NCBI GenBank assembly: GCA_963752605.1
Contig: CAVVYW010000009.1
Location: 3,863-67,862 of the forward strand
DNA length: 64,000 bases
Reading direction: 5' to 3'
From: an uncultured Solirubrobacterales bacterium
GTDB lineage: Bacteria; Actinomycetota; Thermoleophilia; Solirubrobacterales; 70-9
Positions 1 to 8,865 of the stretch are shown in pieces. The stretch's first letter is position 1. Each line of letters begins with the position of its first letter. Below the pieces are notes generated by a model that saw nothing but the letters and a program-made list of their open reading frames with translations, was not told where the DNA came from and ran no database searches. The translations under genes and the position numbers were made by a program.

Positions 1-234
1 CAGATCGCCGCCATCCCCCCCGCCCCCGGAGACCAGGCGGTGGTCAGCGCCTGGCTGGCCGGCAGGACGGAGTCCACGGAGCTGACCTGGGATGCACTGC
101 GCGCGGGCAAGCACCGCAAGCCGAACCGGATGTTCGCGCTGCTCGACGCTTCAACCCAGGCGCTGCGCAAGGCTCAGCAGCCCGTCCAGGCCTTCGGCCT
201 CAACCACTGCTTCATCGAGCTGCCCGTCATTTGA
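1..234 (+). CDS. 3' end of a CDS cut by the window edge (hypothetical protein)
   Basis: Frame 1 is open from nt 1 to TGA at 232-234 with high GC3. No family is recognisable from the 77 C-terminal residues. Confidence 0.4.
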   Translation, partial: QIAAIPPAPGDQAVVSAWLAGRTESTELTWDALRAGKHRKPNRMFALLDASTQALRKAQQPVQAFGLNHCFIELPVI

Positions 235-289
235 GCGGCCAATCTGAGGGATTCGGCTTCCGGTTCTGCCTGCTGAGCAGCCCCCTGGA

Positions 290-664
290 CTAGCCCCAGG
301 ACATCGGCGTGTAGCCGGAGTCGCCCGGTACGCCGATCAGCAGCAGGCGCGTCGGTGCGTCGGACTTGTTGCGGACCGTACGCTTCACCTCGGTGCCGTA
401 CCGGCAGAAGGTCCCCTCGGGGGCCGCGAGCTCCTCGTCGTCGGCGACCAGGGTCGCCTCCCCCTCTAGGACGATGTAGATCTCCTCCTGGCCGGACTCG
501 GACTCGTCGTGCTCAGGCAGCTCGCCGCCGGGCTCGAGGTCGACCAGGTTGAAGCCGAACGCGTCGGCCCCCAGTGACTTGCGAGCCAGCCGCCAGGTGG
601 CGCCGCCCGACCCCTCCATCTCCTCGAATGCGTCGATGTGCTTGAGCGTGTAGCCCTCGGCCAT
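290..664 (-). CDS. cupin domain protein
   Basis: 124 aa. Small beta-barrel pattern LEPGGELPEHDES...EEIYIVLEGEATL is typical of cupin_2 proteins. High GC3. Confidence 0.75.
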   Translation of the reverse strand: MAEGYTLKHIDAFEEMEGSGGATWRLARKSLGADAFGFNLVDLEPGGELPEHDESESGQEEIYIVLEGEATLVADDEELAAPEGTFCRYGTEVKRTVRNKSDAPTRLLLIGVPGDSGYTPMSWG

Positions 665-712
665 CCGTCCTCCTCCACTTCGTCGTTGGCCGCCAGAAAA
701 TATCCTTTCGGC

Positions 713-1147
713 ATGGCAACGGCGGATTCAGCGGCGGAACTCGAGCAGGCGATCGAGCGCTACAACCAGGCCTGGAACGATCACGACCTCGACTCGATCA
801 TGTCGATGCACGCCCCGGACATGGTCTTCGAGAACCACACCGCGGGCGAGTCGGCGACCGGCCCCGACGCCCGCGAGCACATCGGCTCGATCTTCGAGAC
901 CTGGCCCGACATCCGCTTCGAGACCCGGCGCCTGTACGTGCGCGACGGCGTGGTCACCCAGGAGTGGACCGCGACCGCCACGCATCAGAACAAGATGACC
1001 CGTGGCGACCTGGTCGCGGAGCCCACCGGCAAGACGATTGAGTGGCGCGGCATCGACGTGATCCCGTTCGAGAACGGCCTGGTCAAGCGCAAGGACGTGT
1101 ACTCGGACTCGGTCTCGATCCTGCGCCAGGTCGGGCTGCTCGACTAG
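713..1147 (+). CDS. SnoaL-like / NTF2-fold protein
   Basis: The ATG at 713 gives MATADSAAELEQAIERYNQAWNDHDLDSIMSMHAPDMVFENH, a typical SnoaL_2 N-terminus. The listed ORF start at 638 is probably too early. Confidence 0.7.
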   Translation: MATADSAAELEQAIERYNQAWNDHDLDSIMSMHAPDMVFENHTAGESATGPDAREHIGSIFETWPDIRFETRRLYVRDGVVTQEWTATATHQNKMTRGDLVAEPTGKTIEWRGIDVIPFENGLVKRKDVYSDSVSILRQVGLLD

Positions 1148-1269
1148 GGCCGGTGTGTCCCCACTCGTGCGCTCAGTCACAAGGGGTACCCCAAAATAGC
1201 CGGGGCGGCCGTACCCGTTTCCCTCCCCGCGTCGCTTTGGTGACTGAAAGCCAATCCCCAGGGGGTGAC

Positions 1270-1464
1270 ATGAAGGCACGCACGCTGAGAAAGATCGCTG
1301 CTGTGGCAACGGGCGCCGCTCTGGCGCTGTCGTTCCCGGCCGTCGGCTCCGCCACCAAGGGCGGCGTCCCCAATTCGGACAAGCCCTGCAAGGCGAAGAA
1401 GGACCACAAGAAGCCGAAGAAGCCCGCGCCGAACACGCGCGGCAAGAAGTGCGGTTTCGCTTGA
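1270..1464 (+). CDS. small secreted cationic peptide: signal peptide plus Lys-rich two-Cys tail only
   Basis: ATG at 1270 preceded by GGGGGTG. MKARTLRKIAAVATGAALALSFPAVGSA is a Sec signal peptide. It is followed by ...DKPCKAKKDHKKPKKPAPNTRGKKCGFA. Confidence 0.6.
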   Translation: MKARTLRKIAAVATGAALALSFPAVGSATKGGVPNSDKPCKAKKDHKKPKKPAPNTRGKKCGFA

Positions 1465-1473
1465 TCTGAGCGC

Positions 1474-1800
1474 TCAGCGGCGGCGTCTCGCCATCACGGC
1501 GAGCGCCGCCGCAGTGGCGCACAGAGCCCCGGCCGCGATCAGCATCGCCTCGGGCCGACCGGGCTCCCCCATCACCGCGGTGCTTGCGCGGGAGGACATC
1601 ACCGAGAACCTGGAGCGATCCGAGAAGGCCGAGCCGATCGACGCGAACGACGCGGTCGAGAAGGCGCAGCCCGCGCATCCGACCGACCCGATCGACGCGA
1701 AGGAGCCGACCGACCCGATCGAGAGCGCCGAGCCCTTCGACGCGATCGAGAGGAACGAGTCCTCGGACCAGAGCGAGAGCGAGGAGGAACCCTCGCGCAT
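1474..1800 (-). CDS. Ser-rich repeat protein with C-terminal TM helix plus RRRR. An acidic PID-repeat protein on the + strand (1514-1804) is an equally open mirror reading.
   Basis: The ATG at 1800 directly follows the thrB stop, with GGAG 6 nt upstream. Both strands share the same third-codon positions, so GC3 cannot choose between them. G-rich first positions favour the + reading, which lacks an SD. Confidence 0.35.
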   Translation of the reverse strand: MREGSSSLSLWSEDSFLSIASKGSALSIGSVGSFASIGSVGCAGCAFSTASFASIGSAFSDRSRFSVMSSRASTAVMGEPGRPEAMLIAAGALCATAAALAVMARRRR

Positions 1801-2679
1801 CTAGAGCTCCGGCACGTCGGCGCCCGTCGGCGAGAAGGGGACACGCTGGACCTCCGCCCAGTCCCCGACGCGGTCCCTGATCGACTTCATCACCTCTCCC
1901 GTGCTCTGCCAGAAGGTCCAGACGAGCACGGTCGGGCCGGCCCCGGAGATCGTGGCCCCGATCGCTCCCATTCGCGGCGCCTCCTCGATCAGCTCCATGG
2001 AGCGCGGGAAGAGATGGGCGCGGGCGGGCTGGTGGATGCGGTCGGCAAGGCCCCGGCCGATCATGGTGAGGTCGGAGCGCTCGATGCCGAGCAGCAGCTG
2101 AGAGGCCGCCGCGACGTTGGCGATCGCATCGGCCAGCGGCACCTCAGCCGGCAGCGCCTTGCGGGCCTCCTCGGTCGGAACCTGCTCGTCCGGGATCACC
2201 AGCACCGCCTCCACCCCCTGGGGCGGCTCGAAGCGGGTCGCCGACACCGCCCCCTCCTCCTGGACGCAAGCGACGAAGCCGCCGTGGAGGGCGGCCGCGA
2301 CGTTGTCGGGGTGGCCCTCGATCTCGGCCGCCTGTCCCAGGACGTCGCCGGGCTCGAGCGCCAGCTCGTAGAGGTGGTCTGCGGCGAGCAACCCCGCGAC
2401 GATCGCCGCCGCGCTCGAACCCAGACCCGCGGCGAGCGGGATCTCGCTGCGTATCCGGAACGAGATCTCGTCGGCGGGCTTGAGCCGCTCGAAGGAGCGC
2501 ACGCAGAGGTTGGATCGGTCCAGCGGTACATCCAGCCCTTTCGCGTCCACCGAGAAGGAGCCGGACTCCTCGACCTCGAGCTCGAGATGCAGGGCGAGGG
2601 CGGCCGCAAGAACGTCGAAGCCGGGTCCGAGGTTGGCGGAGGAGGCCGGGACCCGGACCAGACGCCGGCGTGCGGTCAC
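1801..2679 (-). CDS. thrB: homoserine kinase
   Basis: The GTG at 2679 gives VTARRRLVRVPASSANLGPGFD... plus GLGSSAA, the GHMP kinase motifs. The listed 349-aa ORF is an upstream over-extension. Confidence 0.9.
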   Translation of the reverse strand: MTARRRLVRVPASSANLGPGFDVLAAALALHLELEVEESGSFSVDAKGLDVPLDRSNLCVRSFERLKPADEISFRIRSEIPLAAGLGSSAAAIVAGLLAADHLYELALEPGDVLGQAAEIEGHPDNVAAALHGGFVACVQEEGAVSATRFEPPQGVEAVLVIPDEQVPTEEARKALPAEVPLADAIANVAAASQLLLGIERSDLTMIGRGLADRIHQPARAHLFPRSMELIEEAPRMGAIGATISGAGPTVLVWTFWQSTGEVMKSIRDRVGDWAEVQRVPFSPTGADVPEL

Positions 2680-2686
2680 GGGCGGA

Positions 2687-3220
2687 TCACTTCCATTTGA
2701 TCGTGCAGCCGACCGCGTCGGTCTCGTGCCGCTCCGGCTCGCGGCCCTCGAGCACCGCATCCAGCGCCTCGCGCGCCCAGACGGCTCCCTGCGAGGGGTC
2801 CTCGTAGTCGGCGTCGGGGGCGCCCTGATAGCGGAGGCGCAGGTCGGCATCGAGCACGAACAGATGCGGCGTCTTTAAGGCGCCCCATGCCCGCGCAACC
2901 TCCTGGCTCTCGTCGTGGAGGTAGGGATGGGCCCAGTCCCCCTCCCCCTCGACCCGCTCGCGCATCGCCTCGAAGGAGTCCGCCGGATGTGTCTCCGCGT
3001 TGTTCGAGTTGATCGCGATCACCCGCACTCCCCGCTCCGCGTAGTCCCGCGCCAGCTCGACCATGCGGTCATGCCAGGCGAGGGCGTACGGGCAGTGGTT
3101 GCAGGTCCAGTAGACAAGCGTCGCCTGGGCGTCGTCCTCGAGCGAGTGGCGCGTGCCATCGGTCGCGGGCAGCTCGAACCCGGGTGCTTTGTCCCCGATC
3201 TGGACGGCCATCGAGGTCAA
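2687..3220 (-). CDS. thioredoxin-fold thiol-disulfide oxidoreductase (TlpA/redoxin-like)
   Basis: 177 aa. CNHCP (CxxC) active site in a redoxin-like context: GDKAPGFELPATDG...VYWTCNHCPY. Confidence 0.8.
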   Translation of the reverse strand: MTSMAVQIGDKAPGFELPATDGTRHSLEDDAQATLVYWTCNHCPYALAWHDRMVELARDYAERGVRVIAINSNNAETHPADSFEAMRERVEGEGDWAHPYLHDESQEVARAWGALKTPHLFVLDADLRLRYQGAPDADYEDPSQGAVWAREALDAVLEGREPERHETDAVGCTIKWK

Positions 3221-3540
3221 TCTATCCGCGCGAGCGCCTCACGCACGTCGTCGGGGTCGGGAAGCGGGGAGACCCGCCCGTCGCGGCGCCGGTAGACGCG
3301 GCAGTTGAGGCCGATCGGCTCGTCGTCGCCCGGCGGCGCGATGTCCTGACCGTCCACCCGGATCGTCGGCGACCCGACGAAGGTCTCTCGCGAGGCGAGG
3401 TCCTCCGTGTCGATCTCACGCAGCTCGATCGAATCCGGGTCGATTCCCGCCTCCGCCATCGCCGCGCGCAGGTCGGCCAGCGCCCTCTCCCACGAGGGGC
3501 ACTCACGCCACCAGAGGAACTCGACGCGCGGAGTAGTCAC
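3217..3540 (-). CDS. small thioredoxin/glutaredoxin-like fold protein
   Basis: 107 aa. FLWWRECPSWERA...GSPTIRVDG resembles glutaredoxin-like small proteins. Its stop overlaps the downstream start (ATGA). Confidence 0.55.
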   Translation of the reverse strand: MTTPRVEFLWWRECPSWERALADLRAAMAEAGIDPDSIELREIDTEDLASRETFVGSPTIRVDGQDIAPPGDDEPIGLNCRVYRRRDGRVSPLPDPDDVREALARID

Positions 3541-3585
3541 AGGAAGGCGGCCCCGGACACGAAGCGGAGGAGCCGCCGTCTCATG

Positions 3586-4197
3586 CTAATTACCCAGGAT
3601 CTTTGCCTTCTCCATTTCGAACTCGGCGTCGGTGAGCGCGCCCGACTCCTTCAGCTTCGCGAGACGCTCCAGATCGGCGACCTTGTCGCCCGAGCCTCCG
3701 GAGGTCGGCTTGAAGCCGCCGGAGCCGTCGGAGACCCTGACCTCGCCGCGCTCGGGCGCCTTGCCGGCGCTGTCCCAGTCGATCGCGATCTTGGCCGGGT
3801 CGTTCGCGTCGACCTTGATCGGCAGCTTCACGCCCGGTCCCAGAGTGGCGCCGTTGGGGACCATGTACTGGTTGTTCACCCGGTAGGGAGCCTTGCTGCC
3901 GACATGAACCTCCATGTCGATATCGAGGTTGAACCACTGGGCGCCTCGGGCAGGGATGCCGTGGCTGACGATCACGCCCTCGCCCGCCATCCCGGTCTCC
4001 AGCAAGCCGCTCTTGCCGCCCTGCTGCTCGTTGAGCTCGGCGAGCTGCTCGTTGGCCTGGCTCAGCGCGTCGCCCATCTGCTGGAACTGACCCCCCATGC
4101 CGGGCTTGTACCCCGCGTCCTTCTGCTGCTGCTCCTGCATCTGCTTGGCCTGCTTGGTGACGCTCGCCATGTCCTTCATGCCCTTGAAGAGGCCCAT
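3586..4197 (-). CDS. SHOCT-domain protein
   Basis: ATG at 4197 with GAGGGGAG upstream. The C-terminus LERLAKLKESGALTDAEFEMEKAKIL is a SHOCT motif. The longer listed ORF (to 4464) is Arg/Ser junk. Confidence 0.7.
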   Translation of the reverse strand: MGLFKGMKDMASVTKQAKQMQEQQQKDAGYKPGMGGQFQQMGDALSQANEQLAELNEQQGGKSGLLETGMAGEGVIVSHGIPARGAQWFNLDIDMEVHVGSKAPYRVNNQYMVPNGATLGPGVKLPIKVDANDPAKIAIDWDSAGKAPERGEVRVSDGSGGFKPTSGGSGDKVADLERLAKLKESGALTDAEFEMEKAKILGN

Positions 4198-4240
4198 CTT
4201 TTCTCCCCTCGCTTTCCGTGCGATCGCTGAAGCTCTGACT

Positions 4241-4990
4241 CTACCCGGCCACGCCCTCCCCGCCGACACCCTCGCAGAACTCGCGGAGGGCGGCCGCGAA
4301 CTCCTTGCTCGCGGACGTCGCCGTATCGACCTCCGCCGTGTGGGCCTCCGGGAAAGCTGCGACAGCGTCCTCGAATCCCTCGGGGGTGAAAACGAGGCAG
4401 CCCTTGTGCTTGCCGAACAGCAGCGGGACGTGGAGCTGCTCAAGCAGCTCGGCGACCGACTCACGCTCCCCCATCAGCGTCTCCCAGACCCGCGCGGCGA
4501 CCTCCATCTCCGGGAACCGCTCGACCATCCGGGTGGCGACGTCCTCGTCGAATCCGCCCTGCGTGAACTGCGTCAGTCCGTAGCGGACGAACGAGTCGTA
4601 GTCGGAGTGCATCAGCGTGGTGAACGCCGAGGCGACCTCGCCGTTCACGGCAGGACGCTCGCCCTCCGTCCCGTAGTCGAGGGTCGCGTGTCCGAGACCG
4701 ACCCCCAGCACCGGCTCGGGCCGAGAGACGGCGACCCGCACGGCGGTCGCGGTGCCCCAGGCGTCGCCGACCAGGAAGTAGGAGTCCCATCCGCGCCCGT
4801 CGAGCTCCCTCAGCGCGCGGTCCACGATTATCTGGCGATCGAAGTCGTCGAACCCGCCTTCGGGGAGGGGCTCGTCTCCGACGCCGGGGGCGTCGAAGGT
4901 CGCCACCTCGGCCCACTCCGACAGCTGCGGCGCGATCGTCCACTCCACCTCCGTGAACTGGGGACAGAGGAGGATGCGCGGCCGGGCCAT
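4241..4990 (-). CDS. alpha/beta-hydrolase-fold protein lacking the Ser nucleophile
   Basis: 249 aa. The nucleophile elbow reads GDAWG, with Ala at the Ser position. Its start overlaps the thrC stop (TGATG). Confidence 0.6.
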   Translation of the reverse strand: MARPRILLCPQFTEVEWTIAPQLSEWAEVATFDAPGVGDEPLPEGGFDDFDRQIIVDRALRELDGRGWDSYFLVGDAWGTATAVRVAVSRPEPVLGVGLGHATLDYGTEGERPAVNGEVASAFTTLMHSDYDSFVRYGLTQFTQGGFDEDVATRMVERFPEMEVAARVWETLMGERESVAELLEQLHVPLLFGKHKGCLVFTPEGFEDAVAAFPEAHTAEVDTATSASKEFAAALREFCEGVGGEGVAG

Positions 4991-6024
4991 CAGTCGAAGA
5001 CCGCCCTCTCGACCGCCCCCACGTCCAGCTCGCAGCCGGTCACCGCGGGCGCCTTGCCGAGGGCCGTGTCAGGGTCCTTGAGGCCGTGGCCGGTGAGCAC
5101 GCAGACGACCGTGCGCGGCTGCTCGGCTCCGTCGGCCACGGGCAAGCCGTGGGCGAGAAGGCCGGCGACCGAGGCCGCCGAGGCAGGCTCGCAGAAGATC
5201 CCCTCGCTGGCGGCGACCCAGCGGTAGGCGTCGAGGATCTGCTCATCGGAGACGGCGGCGACGCGTCCGCGCGAGGCGGTGAAGGCGTTCATCGCCTCCT
5301 CCCAGCGCGCCGGTTTGCCGATCCGGATGGCGGAGGCGACGGTCTCGGGGTTCTCGATCGGATGGCCCTCGACGAGCGGGGCGGCGCCCTCCGCCTGGAA
5401 GCCGTAGAGGACGGGCGCGGCGTCGCGCTCCTGGAACCCCTTCCACCAGGAGGTGACGTTGCCGGCGTTGCCGACCGGGATCGCCAGGGCCTCGGGCGCC
5501 TCCCCGAGCTCGTCGATCACCTCGAAGGCCGCGGTCTTCTGGCCCTCGATCCGGTAGGGGTTCACCGAGTTGACCAGCTCGACCGGGTGCTTGTCGGCGA
5601 GCTTCCGGACGATCTCCAGCGCCTGGTCGAAGTTTCCCTCGAGGGCGATCACGCGCGCTCCGTGCATCAGGGCCTGCGCGAGCTTGCCGATCGCGATCTT
5701 CCCCTCCGGAACGATCACGGCGCCCCGCAGTCCCGCCCGGGCCGCGTACGCGGCGCAGCTCGCGGCGGTGTTGCCGGTGGAGGCGCAGATGATCGCCTCG
5801 GCCCCGGCGCCCTTGGCGCGCGAGACGGCGACGGTCATGCCCCGGTCCTTGAAGCTGCCCGTCGGATTTGCCCCTTCGAACTTGAGATAGGCGTCGGTGC
5901 CGATCCGATCGGACAGGCGAGGCGAGTGGATCAGCGGCGTCGAGCCCTCGTTCAGGGTCACCGTCGGGTCGCCGTCCTCCAGGGGCAGATCGCCGCGGTA
6001 GCGCTCGATCAGCGGCAGTGGCAC
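4990..6024 (-). CDS. thrC: threonine synthase
   Basis: 344 aa. PLP-lysine motif [14 protein letters not shown] and full-length ThrC-like sequence. Confidence 0.95.
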   Translation of the reverse strand: MPLPLIERYRGDLPLEDGDPTVTLNEGSTPLIHSPRLSDRIGTDAYLKFEGANPTGSFKDRGMTVAVSRAKGAGAEAIICASTGNTAASCAAYAARAGLRGAVIVPEGKIAIGKLAQALMHGARVIALEGNFDQALEIVRKLADKHPVELVNSVNPYRIEGQKTAAFEVIDELGEAPEALAIPVGNAGNVTSWWKGFQERDAAPVLYGFQAEGAAPLVEGHPIENPETVASAIRIGKPARWEEAMNAFTASRGRVAAVSDEQILDAYRWVAASEGIFCEPASAASVAGLLAHGLPVADGAEQPRTVVCVLTGHGLKDPDTALGKAPAVTGCELDVGAVERAVFD

Positions 6025-6118
6025 AACGGTTCCTTAGCAGCCCCCACGCCCGCGTCGCAAGCCGGCACGCCCGGAAGCGAAGCTGAGGACGTGCCGGTTG
6101 ATGTTGATGGCGAAGCCC

Positions 6119-7339
6119 TCACACGAACTCCTCCTCGATCACGCGGATCGAGCGCGGCCGCGACCGGAGGAAGTCCAGCTTTGCGATCTGCTCCAGCGCG
6201 GCGCTGAAGCGGCTCTCGGGGCCCTCATGCATGACCATCTCGAGCCTGGCGTCGTCCCCGAGCCCCCGCTGGACGACGCTGCGAACCGAGACCTCGTTGT
6301 CGCCGAGGATCTCGGCGACCTGCGCCAGGACGCCGGGACGGTCCTCCACCTCGAGGTGGAGGTAGAAGGCCGAGTTCACGTCCTCGGCGATTCCGAGCTT
6401 GGAGTTCTCCTCGAAGAGCGGCGAGCCGCCCGAGAGGACCGAGAGAACATCGCCGAGGACGGCCGAGGCGGTCTCCGCCCCGCCGGCGCCCGGCCCGGAC
6501 AGGGTGATCTCCGTGATCACGGGCGCCTCCACGGTGATGGCGTTGAAGGGGCCCTCGACCGGGGCGAGCGGATGCCCGGGATATAGAAAGCACGGGAAGA
6601 CCCGGACGCTGACCCGGTCGCCCAGCCTCTCCGCGACCCCAAGCAGCTTCAGTGACAACCCGAGGTCCTTCGCGTAGGCGAGGTCGTCGGCGGTGATCGC
6701 CTCGATGCCTTCGTACGGGACGTCGTCGAGGGATACCGGGGCGCCGAAGGCGAGGCGCGCGAGGATCGTCATCTTGGCGGCGGCATCGGCGCCGCCGACA
6801 TCGTCGCTCGGGTCGGCCTCCGCGTAACCGAGGTCCTGCGCCTGCTTCAGAGCCTCCTCGTAGGAAAGCCCCGCTCGCGCCATCTCGGTGAGGATGTAGT
6901 TGGTGGTGCCGTTGACGATCCCGGTCACCTTCTGGATCGGCACCGCGCCCAGGCTCTCCTGGAGAACCCGGATCACGGGGATCGCTCCGGCCACGGCCGC
7001 CTCGAAGCGAAGCTGGGCGCCCCCCTCCTTCGCCGCGGCGACCAGTTCGTCGCCGTGCTGGGCGACCAGCTGCTTGTTCGCGGTGACGACGTGCTTCCCG
7101 TCGCGTAGCGCACGGGTGACGTAGTCGCGCGCGGGGTCGGTGCCGCCGATCAGCTCGACGATCACCTCGCTATCGGCCAGGATCTGATCGAAGTCGCCCT
7201 CCCTGCTGCTGAGGACACCCGAGACCTCCGGGCGCCTGCCCGAGACCTCTTCCACCATCTCCGCCCGCTGCTCGAGCAGGTCCCTGAATGCCGCCCCGAC
7301 CGTTCCCTTGCCGAGGATCCCGATCTTCACCGAGTCCAT
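6119..7339 (-). CDS. hom: homoserine dehydrogenase
   Basis: 406 aa. N-terminal IGILGKGTVG Rossmann motif, a central Hom domain and a C-terminal ACT-like domain. Confidence 0.95.
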   Translation of the reverse strand: MDSVKIGILGKGTVGAAFRDLLEQRAEMVEEVSGRRPEVSGVLSSREGDFDQILADSEVIVELIGGTDPARDYVTRALRDGKHVVTANKQLVAQHGDELVAAAKEGGAQLRFEAAVAGAIPVIRVLQESLGAVPIQKVTGIVNGTTNYILTEMARAGLSYEEALKQAQDLGYAEADPSDDVGGADAAAKMTILARLAFGAPVSLDDVPYEGIEAITADDLAYAKDLGLSLKLLGVAERLGDRVSVRVFPCFLYPGHPLAPVEGPFNAITVEAPVITEITLSGPGAGGAETASAVLGDVLSVLSGGSPLFEENSKLGIAEDVNSAFYLHLEVEDRPGVLAQVAEILGDNEVSVRSVVQRGLGDDARLEMVMHEGPESRFSAALEQIAKLDFLRSRPRSIRVIEEEFV

Positions 7340-7341
7340 GG

Positions 7342-8664
7342 CTAGGTGTCCCGGGTCAGCAGGTCGTCCCAGGTCTCGCGTCGCACGACCACGCGCGCCT
7401 TCCCATCGCGGCAGAAGATCACGGGGGGCCTGGGGATGGCGTTGTAGTTGTTGGCCATCGCGTGGCCGTAGGCGCCGGTCGCCGGCGTCACCAGCACGTC
7501 GCCCACCCGGGGCGCGGTGACCTCGGCCTCACGCACCAGGACGTCGCCCGACTCGCAGTGCATGCCCGCGATCGTCACCTGGGTGTCCGGCGTCTCCCCC
7601 GCGCGGTCGGCGATCACCGCCTCGTAGCGCGATCCGTAGAGCATGGGCCGCAGGTTGTCCGACATGCCGCCGTCCACCGCCACATACGTCCGAACGCCGG
7701 GGATCTCCTTCACGGTTCCGACCCGGTAGGCGGTGACCCCGGCGTTGCCGACGATCGAGCGGCCCGGCTCCACCAGGATCCGCGGAACCGGGTCGAACAC
7801 CCGCTCCACACCGCGAACCTTGACGTCGACGTAGTCCTCGATCGAGGGAGCCTCGTCCGTGTCCAGGTAGGCGATGCCCAGCCCACCGCCGACGTTCAGC
7901 AGCTCGGGCTCAAGGTCGACGGCGCGGGTGAAGTCCCCGAGCACCTCGATCGCTTTCATGTAGGGCTCGAGCTCGAAGATCTGGGAGCCGATGTGCGCAT
8001 GCAGCCCGACCAGCTCGAGCTGACGCGCCGCACGCACGCGTTCCACCGCTCGCTCGGCGAGGCCGTCGGCGAGGCCGAAGCCGAACTTCGAGTCCACCTG
8101 CCCCGTCTGCACGTAGTCGTGGGTGTGCGCCTCGATGCCGGGCGTGATCCTGATCAGCACCCGCTGCGCGCGGTCAAGCAGTCTCTCGAGACGATCGATC
8201 TCGTCGAATGAGTCGACGATCAGGTGGCCGACGCCGGCGTCGAGCGCATAGCGGAGCTCGGCCTCGGTCTTGTTGTTGCCGTGCAGGTGGATCCGGGACG
8301 GGTCGTAGCCCGCGGCAAGCGCGAGGTAGAGCTCGCCTCCGGAGGCGACGTCCACCGAGAGCCCCTCCTCCCGCATGATCCGAAAAGCGGCGGTGCAGGG
8401 AAACGCCTTGCTCGCGTAGAGGACCTCGAAGGAGTCCGTGCGCTCCTCGAAGGCGCGCCGGAAGGCGCCGGCGCGGGCCCGGATCTCGTCCTCGGCGTAG
8501 ACGTAGGCGGGCGTGCCGAATTCCTCGGCAAGCTCGATCACGTCACAGCCGGCGAGCTCGAGGTGCCCTCGCTCGTTCACCCGCGATCCCCGCGGGTAGA
8601 CCGGCGAGGCCGCGATCGGGTCCGCCGCCGCGACGGATCCCTGGTTTTCGCCTGACGGGCTCAT
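7342..8664 (-). CDS. lysA: diaminopimelate decarboxylase
   Basis: Motifs YASKAF (PLP Lys), GGGLGI and CESGD. ATG at 8664; an alternative TTG lies at 8685. Confidence 0.93.
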   Translation of the reverse strand: MSPSGENQGSVAAADPIAASPVYPRGSRVNERGHLELAGCDVIELAEEFGTPAYVYAEDEIRARAGAFRRAFEERTDSFEVLYASKAFPCTAAFRIMREEGLSVDVASGGELYLALAAGYDPSRIHLHGNNKTEAELRYALDAGVGHLIVDSFDEIDRLERLLDRAQRVLIRITPGIEAHTHDYVQTGQVDSKFGFGLADGLAERAVERVRAARQLELVGLHAHIGSQIFELEPYMKAIEVLGDFTRAVDLEPELLNVGGGLGIAYLDTDEAPSIEDYVDVKVRGVERVFDPVPRILVEPGRSIVGNAGVTAYRVGTVKEIPGVRTYVAVDGGMSDNLRPMLYGSRYEAVIADRAGETPDTQVTIAGMHCESGDVLVREAEVTAPRVGDVLVTPATGAYGHAMANNYNAIPRPPVIFCRDGKARVVVRRETWDDLLTRDT

Positions 8665-8865
8665 GCGCGCCAATTCTGACGGCAACGTGCCTGCGGAGCG
8701 GGCGAGCCACGGCAGAACACGCCTAGCGGGTCGGGATACGGCGATGGCGGAGGGGCCTGGACGGCCGTACTGCTCCGGATGGGTTGATGCTCGGACACCC
8801 GTTGAGAGGGGTCAGGGCCACCGCGCGCCCGCCGATGAAACCCCTGCACCGACAAGGAGGCCAAC

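Noticed and set aside
40-234. The listed 64-aa ORF as an independent small gene.
   Set aside because: The frame is open back to nt 1 with coding-like codon usage, so this is most likely the 3' end of a larger gene cut by the window edge.
1466-1477. The perfect 12-nt palindrome CTGAGCGCTCAG after the small secreted-peptide gene, as a terminator.
   Set aside because: It has no loop and no U-tract, so it would not form a typical intrinsic terminator hairpin.
8665-8865. A possible riboswitch or leader in the 200-nt divergent region upstream of lysA.
   Set aside because: I could not recognise L-box or other riboswitch core motifs by eye. A covariance-model scan (Rfam/Infernal) would be needed to say more.
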